Below are positions 57,470 to 64,000 of a stretch of DNA of 64,000 nt, one piece after another. The notes under the pieces were generated by a model that was given only the letters and a program-made list of their open reading frames with translations, was not told the DNA's origin and did no database searches. A program made the position numbers and the translations under genes. Within the stretch, counting starts at the first letter, position 1, and the number at the start of each line of letters is the position of its first letter. Origin of the DNA: Cyclobacteriaceae bacterium (GTDB lineage Bacteria; Bacteroidota; Bacteroidia; Cytophagales; Cyclobacteriaceae); the NCBI GenBank assembly GCA_019638395.1, contig JAHBTX010000004.1:306411-370410 (forward strand), written 5' to 3'.

Positions 57470-57932
57470 AGTCGGTACCCACTTTTATTATTTTAATAGT
57501 TTTAGTCTCGTAGTTATTCAGGAACACCTTCATGAAAAACACACCGGCACTTAAATCGCCTAAAGGCACTATGTGGCTGGCGTTGGGTTTTGCGGTTGTA
57601 ATGTATCGTCCAAACGTATCGTACAATTCCATGTGCGAAATCTTTACATCGCAACCTTTGGCCGTAATAGTTATCTCGCTTTTAACCGGGTTAGGGTAGT
57701 ACTCAAATTCCAACTCTTTACAGGGCAGTAACTCCGGTTGTAAAAAGCCTTGCGTAAGTATTACCTCTGCATTTTGAAGGGTAATAATGGCAGGTTCGCC
57801 AATCGAACTTGTTAAAATGAAATTAGTAACGGAGATATCGAAACCAGCCATGTTGGTGACTTGTTGCCGGGCTTGGGCAAGACCCAAAACGGGTGCCAAA
57901 AGAAGTAAGAAGCAGGTAAGTTTTAATCTCAT
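57462..57932 (-). CDS. Small T9SS type A sorting-domain protein
   Basis: Signal peptide, SSIGE, TQGFLQP, YYPNP...L.AGVFFMK...IKIIK. Confidence 0.8.
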   Translation of the reverse strand: MRLKLTCFLLLLAPVLGLAQARQQVTNMAGFDISVTNFILTSSIGEPAIITLQNAEVILTQGFLQPELLPCKELEFEYYPNPVKSEITITAKGCDVKISHMELYDTFGRYITTAKPNASHIVPLGDLSAGVFFMKVFLNNYETKTIKIIKVGTDYD

Positions 57933-58185
57933 AACTGTTTAGAGAATAGAAACTTACAACATTTGGTTAAATATTCAATTAAAGTGTAATTTTTTAATGA
58001 TTTTTTTGTTTTTGGCAGGGTTCGGAACCAGCCAGTGTGCGCGCAGATGTCAACAATTTTAGATTGGAAGGGTGTAATCTAAAATATTGATTGCCATGCC
58101 GATAGAACAAGTAGAGCCACTCAGGCGCATAATTACAACAACTGTTAGGGAAGCAGGCCTGTTTTATCGGTTTGTAAACGGTTGG

Positions 58186-58659
58186 TTATGCCTCCAACTC
58201 GCTTCTTTCGGTGGCAGTTAGCTGCAGGTCGTTAGTAATGGCACTACTGGTAGGCCTGAAAAGTAGAAACAAAACAATTATCACGGCAGTGAATAGAAGG
58301 AATGCGGTATTATTTGTAATAAACGCTGCCACCGCAGCAAACATGCCGGGCATTTCGAAGCCGGCAGCACGGATTAAAACCGCACTTTGATAGCGTTGCA
58401 ATTTAGAAGTTAATGGCAACTCCGGGTTAATTCCTTTCAATACAGCTTTGAAGGCTATATAACTAATGCTCAATCCGGCAGGCACGGTGGCGATAACAAG
58501 TATCTGTAGCAGGCTTTCAAAATCAGCATCAACCGGGGGCATCGCTTCTCCTAAGTAAATCCGCACATACACAAACAGTGCAAAGCCAGCCATTACTACG
58601 GGTAATGCAAAATAAACGAGATTGAGCGTTGTTACTATTTGCTTTGCAGATGGTGTCAT
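58186..58659 (-). CDS. Hypothetical four-TM membrane protein
   Basis: Hydrophobic segments; C-terminal FRPT...LQL...E motif. Confidence 0.75.
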   Translation of the reverse strand: MTPSAKQIVTTLNLVYFALPVVMAGFALFVYVRIYLGEAMPPVDADFESLLQILVIATVPAGLSISYIAFKAVLKGINPELPLTSKLQRYQSAVLIRAAGFEMPGMFAAVAAFITNNTAFLLFTAVIIVLFLLFRPTSSAITNDLQLTATERSELEA

Positions 58660-58683
58660 ATCTCGATGGTTAAAGCCGAATAG

Positions 58684-59409
58684 TTATTGTTTCAACATTC
58701 CTTCTAATATCGCAAAAGTTTTTTCTTTTAACAGGCGTGTGTCTTCATCGGCACTTACTGGAATTTCTGCACCCACCATAATTTTTATTCTGCCTGGGCG
58801 CAGGCGAATGGTGCCTGGTGGCATTAGTTTACCAGCACCAATCACTACCATTGGCAATAATGGTTTTTGTGTATCGGCCGCAATGCGAAACGCACCATCT
58901 TTAAAAGGCTGTAATAATTCTTTAGTCCGGTTTTGTGTTCCTTCCGGGAATACCAGAATGTTGATACCCATGTTGAGTATTTCTTTGAGACGCTCCAGGC
59001 TCTTCTTCCTGCTTTCATTGCTGCTACGATCAACCACCACACAGGTAGCACGCGTAATCCAACCAAATACCGGCAACTTCAGTAATTCTTTTTTGGCAAG
59101 CGGGCGAAACTGCCCCCGGATAGTCATAGCAATGCCGGGCAAATCGAGAAACGATGTATGATTACTTACATAGATATAAGCTTTACCAGGCACAATATTT
59201 TCACGCCCAACCATATCATACCGGATAAACGTAAGCATGCTAAACACCCAACTCCAGGCTTTCATAAAAAAGTAGGTAACGGCTACTGCGTGCTGTCCAA
59301 AAAAGGCAGGAATAATAATGCCCGGAAGAAACAACAGCATGAATACTGTAAAAACCAGAAACACCCAGAAGATGTATAATACCGAAAAGAAGGCAGCGAT
59401 ATACTTCAC
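58684..59409 (-). CDS. plsC: 1-acyl-sn-glycerol-3-phosphate acyltransferase
   Basis: NHTSFLD (HX4D), FPEGT, FKDGAF. Confidence 0.88.
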   Translation of the reverse strand: MKYIAAFFSVLYIFWVFLVFTVFMLLFLPGIIIPAFFGQHAVAVTYFFMKAWSWVFSMLTFIRYDMVGRENIVPGKAYIYVSNHTSFLDLPGIAMTIRGQFRPLAKKELLKLPVFGWITRATCVVVDRSSNESRKKSLERLKEILNMGINILVFPEGTQNRTKELLQPFKDGAFRIAADTQKPLLPMVVIGAGKLMPPGTIRLRPGRIKIMVGAEIPVSADEDTRLLKEKTFAILEGMLKQ

Positions 59410-59464
59410 GTGATACTTAAAATAAAAACTCCCGAAAGGTGCGAATCTTTCGGGAAACGGAATT

Positions 59465-59510
59465 AAACCTTGCAGATCTTTTTGTCAAAATAAAAAGACC
59501 TGCAAGGTTT
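59465..59510. repeat. REP-like inverted repeat
   Basis: AAACCTTGCAGATCTTTTT / AAAAAGACCTGCAAGGTTT, one mismatch. Confidence 0.7.
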
Positions 59511-59541
59511 TAAGTAGTAAAATGACAACACCTTACTTGTA

Positions 59542-60867
59542 TCACAAGTTATAGTTGGTAACCCCGGGCACCGCAACCGGATACAAACCATCCGCATCAG
59601 GAACAATGGGAGGCAATGCATTAAAATCAAACTGTGTTGGCATAATACTTATTCCCGAATTCAACGCTTTATCAAACTCAACTACATTACCCGAGTAAGT
59701 GGCCATACGACCGAGTATGGCCGTCATGGTGCTGCGTGCTCCGTTTTCGGTATCATCAAATTTGTATTCTTTTTTAGCGATGGCTGCAAACAACTCATCG
59801 TGCTCGGTTTGGTACGGGTTGTTTTCTTTGGTACGATCGTATTGATACAATACTTTACCTTTTCGATCAACCATGTTGGCGGCACCGAAATAAATGTTGC
59901 CTTTGGTACCCATAATAAATTCGTCCACTTTACTCATGGTGCCTTTTATGTGGCGGCATTGACTATTCAACACGGTTCCATCGGCATAGGTAAATTCTAC
60001 ATAGTGATGATCGAAGATTTCGCCATACTCTTTGCCTTTGCGTACTTCGCGGCCACCCATACCCTGGGCTTTTACAGGGTAGCCACCTTTAAACCAGTTG
60101 ATCACATCTATGTTGTGAATATGTTGCTCCACAATATGATCGCCACACAACCAATTAAAGTAATACCAGTTGCGCATCTGGTATTCCATTTCAGTTTGAT
60201 TGTATTTGCGATGATTTACCCAAACGCCCTCATTGTTCCACCACGCCTGCGCGGAAACAATATCACCAATCACGCCATCTTTAAACTTCTTGTATAACTC
60301 GCGATAGGAGTTTTGATAATGGCGTTGTAAACCAACCACTACATTCAGTTTTTTCTGGCGTGCTATAATAGCTGCATCCAGAACGCGCTTAATTCCAGCC
60401 GGATCAGTTGCCACCGGCTTTTCCATAAATACATGTTTGCCTAAACGCACGGCTTCTTCAAAATGAATCGGACGGAAGCCAGGTGGTGTGGTTAAGATGA
60501 CTACATCGGCTAAAGCAATTGCATTTTTGTAACCTTCAAAGCCCACAAATTTATTCGCTTCAGGTACAGCCACGCGCCCCGATACATTACCTTCTTCATT
60601 GTCGGCATCGGTAAGCGCATTAAAACATTGATCAATGCGATCGCGGAAAGCATCGGCCATCGCCACCAGCTTTACATTTTGTTTGGTAAGTAAAGCCTGC
60701 ATAGCGGCCCCGGTGCCCCGCCCACCACAACCAATCAATGCAATTTTTATTGCATCATCTACAGAAGTGTTAACGGCTTGCGATTTTGTAACAAAGGGTA
60801 ATGCGGCAAGACTGCCGGCAATGAGTGAGGTTTTTTTTACGAACTCTCTGCGTGTGTGTGATTTCAT
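59542..60867 (-). CDS. Gfo/Idh/MocA oxidoreductase with a Tat signal
   Basis: TRREFVK Tat motif, IGCGGRG, EKPVA, EQHIHNID. Confidence 0.92.
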   Translation of the reverse strand: MKSHTRREFVKKTSLIAGSLAALPFVTKSQAVNTSVDDAIKIALIGCGGRGTGAAMQALLTKQNVKLVAMADAFRDRIDQCFNALTDADNEEGNVSGRVAVPEANKFVGFEGYKNAIALADVVILTTPPGFRPIHFEEAVRLGKHVFMEKPVATDPAGIKRVLDAAIIARQKKLNVVVGLQRHYQNSYRELYKKFKDGVIGDIVSAQAWWNNEGVWVNHRKYNQTEMEYQMRNWYYFNWLCGDHIVEQHIHNIDVINWFKGGYPVKAQGMGGREVRKGKEYGEIFDHHYVEFTYADGTVLNSQCRHIKGTMSKVDEFIMGTKGNIYFGAANMVDRKGKVLYQYDRTKENNPYQTEHDELFAAIAKKEYKFDDTENGARSTMTAILGRMATYSGNVVEFDKALNSGISIMPTQFDFNALPPIVPDADGLYPVAVPGVTNYNL

Positions 60868-60870
60868 AAT

Positions 60871-60935
60871 TGGTTACTGGTTATTGGTCACTGGTTCTGT
60901 TACTGCAAGTAGCCAGCAACCAGTAACCAGTTACT
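60871..60935. repeat. Heptamer-periodic inverted repeat (TGGTTAC/GTAACCA)
   Basis: TGGTTAC TGGTTAT TGGTCAC ... GCAACCA GTAACCA GTTAC. Confidence 0.75.
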
Positions 60936-61869
60936 ACTTTAGGTACAAGTTATAAAACTTTTCAATTTCTTCCTTTGAAGGTTGTACGAGTGGTCGCACC
61001 ACACGAAAGCCTACAAACATGCCATCGGTAAGCCACCATTTACTTTTTGGAATTTGCGGATCGCGAATGTTCCAGTTGCTGTGCGAGGCAATCCGATTGG
61101 CGCATCGCAGTTCGCTGGCATCATCTAAATAAGAACCGCCCTTTACGGTTTTGGGATGTTTGGATGCCGGAATAGTTATAGGATTCCTATCTGCAGCTTT
61201 GGTGTAATAAGTTACATCGTACTGATCGATTGTCCACTCGCTTAAGTTCCCCAACATATCGTACAAACCCCAGGCGTTGGGTTTAAGTTGTTTTACGTGG
61301 TGAAACTTTCCGTTGCTGTTATCTTTAAAGTATCCATACTCGCGCAAACTGGCAGCATCATTACCAAAAGGATATACGGTTTCACTTCCGGCCCGACAGG
61401 CATATTCCCATTCCGCTTCGGTTGGTAAGCGATAGAAAAAACCGGTTTTGGTATAAAGCCATTTACAATACATCATCGCTCCCGTGTGACTCATACTATT
61501 AGTAGGATGTTTACCATCACGACCCATGCCCCATGTTAAGTCAATGTATTGTGGGGTGGCGCGCGTTACACCATCAATGGTTTTGCTTTGCGGAAGTGCG
61601 TTGTCTTTAAAATATAAATCCCATTCGGCAAATGTTACTTCGTGTTCGCCCATCCAAAAAGCACTTAGGGTTATTTCTTTCTGCGGACCTTCATCTTCGT
61701 TGCGACCACGTTCGGTAATGGCACTTCCTATTATAAATTTTCCTGCCGGAATAGCCACCATCTTAAATGTAACATCGGTACCAGGAATTGTTTGGTTATA
61801 CGTTTTGAGATCCTGAGCGATTGTTGCACCGGACAAAGCGAGAGAAAAAAGAAACAAAATGAATTTCAT
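60934..61869 (-). CDS. Formylglycine-generating-enzyme (SUMF1) family protein
   Basis: F.MG, E.T..EW, RLPTEAEWEYACRAG, PNAWGLYDMLGN, KGGSY, GFRVVR; start likely the ATG at 61869. Confidence 0.9.
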   Translation of the reverse strand: MKFILFLFSLALSGATIAQDLKTYNQTIPGTDVTFKMVAIPAGKFIIGSAITERGRNEDEGPQKEITLSAFWMGEHEVTFAEWDLYFKDNALPQSKTIDGVTRATPQYIDLTWGMGRDGKHPTNSMSHTGAMMYCKWLYTKTGFFYRLPTEAEWEYACRAGSETVYPFGNDAASLREYGYFKDNSNGKFHHVKQLKPNAWGLYDMLGNLSEWTIDQYDVTYYTKAADRNPITIPASKHPKTVKGGSYLDDASELRCANRIASHSNWNIRDPQIPKSKWWLTDGMFVGFRVVRPLVQPSKEEIEKFYNLYLK

Positions 61870-61903
61870 GCCGGACTTGAAACTTGATTTTTTAATAGCA
61901 GCT

Positions 61904-61949
61904 AAGCCTGTAAGGTTTATCAATCTAAAGTAGTAAAACCTTACAGCTT
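61904..61949. repeat. Second REP-like pair related to 59465-59510
   Basis: AAGCCTGTAAGGTTT ... AAACCTTACAGCTT. Confidence 0.55.
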
Positions 61950-61958
61950 TTAAAGCTT

Positions 61959-63146
61959 TTAACTTTTTTTAATTCTTGCCATAAAAAATCCATCAAAGCC
62001 TTCCGATGGTCGCACCACGCGCTGATCGAGTAATTCAAAGTTAGAATGTGATTGCAAAAACTGTTGCACTTGCTTTTCGTTTTCGGATGGAAACAAGCTA
62101 CACGTTGCATAAACCATAAGCCCACCCGGTTTTAACATGGTACTGTAATCAACCAGAATGTGTTGCTGCAACTCTTTTACGCGATTAATAAAATCGATGC
62201 TAAGTTTCCATTTGGCATCGGGGTTACGCTTTAACACACCCAATCCCGAACACGGCACATCCAATAATAGCCGATCAGCGGAATTTTCTAACCGCTTAAT
62301 TGTTTTGGAAGATTCAATAATCCGCGTTTCAATATTTCCGGCACCGGCTCTGCGTGCACGTTTTTTTAGTTCTTCCAGCTTCCAGTCTTCAGTATCCATC
62401 GCAATAATGCGCCCTTTGTTTTGCATAAGCGATGCGAGGTGTAATGTTTTTCCACCACCACCGGCACAAGCATCAATTACACGCATGCCGGGTTTTACTT
62501 GTAAATAAGGTGCGATTAATTGCGAACCGGCATCTTGCACTTCAAACAACCCATCTTTAAACGCTTGTCGCGTAAAAATATTCTGACGTTGTTCCAACAG
62601 AAGTGCATCTGGAAATTCGGGTGGTGCATCGGTAGCGATATCTTCTTCGTCCAGTATTTGTTGTAATTCCTTGCGGGAAGTCTTTAATGTATTCACCCGC
62701 AGCACCACCTTAGCTTCTTCATTCAATGCGGCTAATTCTTTTTCCCATGCAGTGCCTAATTCAGATTGACCCAACTCGTCTAACCAATCGGGAATAGATT
62801 CCCGTAGCACGCGATTATTTTTTAATTGTTCATAGCGGGCTTCAATCCAGGCGCGGTTAATTCCTTTTAACTCGTCCCACTCTGGCAGTTCGGCCCGGCT
62901 CCACACACACCACACCCCTAATAATTTCCAGAAGTCGTGTTCTTGTGCTTCGGTTAATTCGCTAAAAAGCCGGTACCAACGCACAATATCATAAGTGGTT
63001 TCGGCAATAAATCGCCTGTCGCGTGCGCCCCACTTGGGGTTGGCCTTCAGCACTTTTTCAATCACCTTATCGGCATATTTCTTGTTTACAAAGATTTCGC
63101 CCAAGGCATCAACAACGGCTACGGATAAATTACGGTATAACTTCAT
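61959..63146 (-). CDS. RsmB/NOP-family RNA m5C methyltransferase
   Basis: FEVQDAGSQ, DACAGGGGKT, DVPCSGLG, YATCS; start likely the ATG at 63146. Confidence 0.92.
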   Translation of the reverse strand: MKLYRNLSVAVVDALGEIFVNKKYADKVIEKVLKANPKWGARDRRFIAETTYDIVRWYRLFSELTEAQEHDFWKLLGVWCVWSRAELPEWDELKGINRAWIEARYEQLKNNRVLRESIPDWLDELGQSELGTAWEKELAALNEEAKVVLRVNTLKTSRKELQQILDEEDIATDAPPEFPDALLLEQRQNIFTRQAFKDGLFEVQDAGSQLIAPYLQVKPGMRVIDACAGGGGKTLHLASLMQNKGRIIAMDTEDWKLEELKKRARRAGAGNIETRIIESSKTIKRLENSADRLLLDVPCSGLGVLKRNPDAKWKLSIDFINRVKELQQHILVDYSTMLKPGGLMVYATCSLFPSENEKQVQQFLQSHSNFELLDQRVVRPSEGFDGFFMARIKKS

Positions 63147-63230
63147 GGTAATAAAGGGTAGCAAGTTAGCTGCTCCTTATTAATTAAGAGACATTATTTG
63201 ATGGAATGTTTTTAACTTGTGGCGCAAGTT

Positions 63231-63292
63231 GTAACTGGTTACTCGCTGCTGGTATCTGGCAGGGCACTACCAGTAACAAGGAACCAGTAACC
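63231..63292. repeat. Heptamer-periodic inverted repeat (TGGTTAC/GTAACCA)
   Basis: TGGTTAC TCGCTGC TGGTATC ... GTAACAA GGAACCA GTAACCA. Confidence 0.7.
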
Positions 63293-63304
63293 ATCCACCG
63301 ATTT

Positions 63305-64000
63305 ATGAAATCCACACAATCGCGCAGAGAATTTGTTAAGCAAACATCTTTACTAACTGCACTTACAGCTTTAGCGGGCTCCACATTTGGTACTACAAAA
63401 ACCAATACTGCGGCCGGTAAACCGTTTAAATTAAACTATGCACCGCACGATGGTATGTTTAAGAATCATGCCGGTGCCGATTTTATCGATCAGATAAAAT
63501 TTATGGCCGATCAAGGCTTTCGTTCTATTGAAGACAATGGGTTACTCGGCAGGCCAGTTGAATACCAGGAACGCATTGGCAAAACACTGGCACAATTAAA
63601 TATGACCATGGGGGTGTTTGTAGTAGATGGTGGCGATAACTGGAAAGTTTCGCTCACCACAGGCAAACAAGAGTTTAAAGATAATTTTGTAAAAACGTGC
63701 AAGGCATCGGTAGAAGCTGCCAAACGCGTTAATGCAAAGTGGATGACTGTGGTGCCCGGATTTTATGATCGAAAGTTACCGATTGGTATTCAAACCAGTA
63801 ACGTAATTGATGCACTGCGCAGAGGAGCCGAAATTTTTGAGCCACACGGGTTGATTATGGTGCTGGAACCTTTAAGCGATACGCCAGAATTGTTTATGCG
63901 TTATTCCGATCAAACGTATGAGTTGTGCAAAGCAGTGAAGAGTCCGGCTTGTAAAATATTATACGATGCGTATCACATGCAACGCAACGAGGGCAACCTG
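63305..64000 (+). CDS. Hydroxypyruvate-isomerase-family TIM-barrel protein with a Tat signal, truncated by window end
   Basis: Translated by hand (absent from the track): MKSTQSRREFVK..., FKLNYAPHDGMF, MVLEPL, KILYDAYHMQRNEGNL. Confidence 0.88.
   Translation, partial: MKSTQSRREFVKQTSLLTALTALAGSTFGTTKTNTAAGKPFKLNYAPHDGMFKNHAGADFIDQIKFMADQGFRSIEDNGLLGRPVEYQERIGKTLAQLNMTMGVFVVDGGDNWKVSLTTGKQEFKDNFVKTCKASVEAAKRVNAKWMTVVPGFYDRKLPIGIQTSNVIDALRRGAEIFEPHGLIMVLEPLSDTPELFMRYSDQTYELCKAVKSPACKILYDAYHMQRNEGNL

Noticed and set aside
1-64000. rRNA, tRNA, tmRNA, IS/transposase and prophage genes
   Set aside because: None recognised by eye in any intergenic region; tRNAscan-SE, Infernal and ISfinder searches would be needed to exclude divergent cases.

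Overview
A gene-dense 64-kb chromosomal window from a Bacteroidota bacterium, most likely Cytophagales. The taxonomic call is an inference from T9SS C-terminal domains, TAnnTTTG promoter elements and Bacteroidota-type purF/fabI/tgt. Core content: the 3' end of a sigma-70 factor, a TetR-paaABCD phenylacetate epoxidase cluster, an ECF sigma/anti-sigma/beta-barrel triad, a TPR-kinase/NarL two-component system next to a 2238-aa T9SS adhesin, purF, a partial nuo operon (nuoH-N) with a histidine kinase inserted between nuoH and nuoI, murI, fabI, ispE, lptF/G, tgt, a haloperoxidase-like/TonB-receptor operon, a circularly permuted ATP-grasp/alpha-E/transglutaminase triad, a CvrA-type K+/H+ antiporter, rsmG, plsC and rsmB. 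The strongest novelty candidate is an AT-rich island at about 5030-8620. It encodes two paralogous, Cys-free, signal-peptide-bearing glycine-zipper precursors, an SdpA-like (DUF5819) plus SdpB-like (HTTM) maturation pair, two candidate immunity membrane proteins, and an XRE regulator beside a perfect 32-bp palindrome. It reads as a putative two-peptide SDP/YIT-like antimicrobial system in Bacteroidota. Secondary candidates are two leader ORFs that may act by ribosome stalling, an unannotated 31-aa membrane peptide, and a family of heptamer-periodic intergenic hairpins. No rRNA, tRNA, CRISPR array or transposase was recognised. All family assignments are from motif recognition by eye; no database searches were run.
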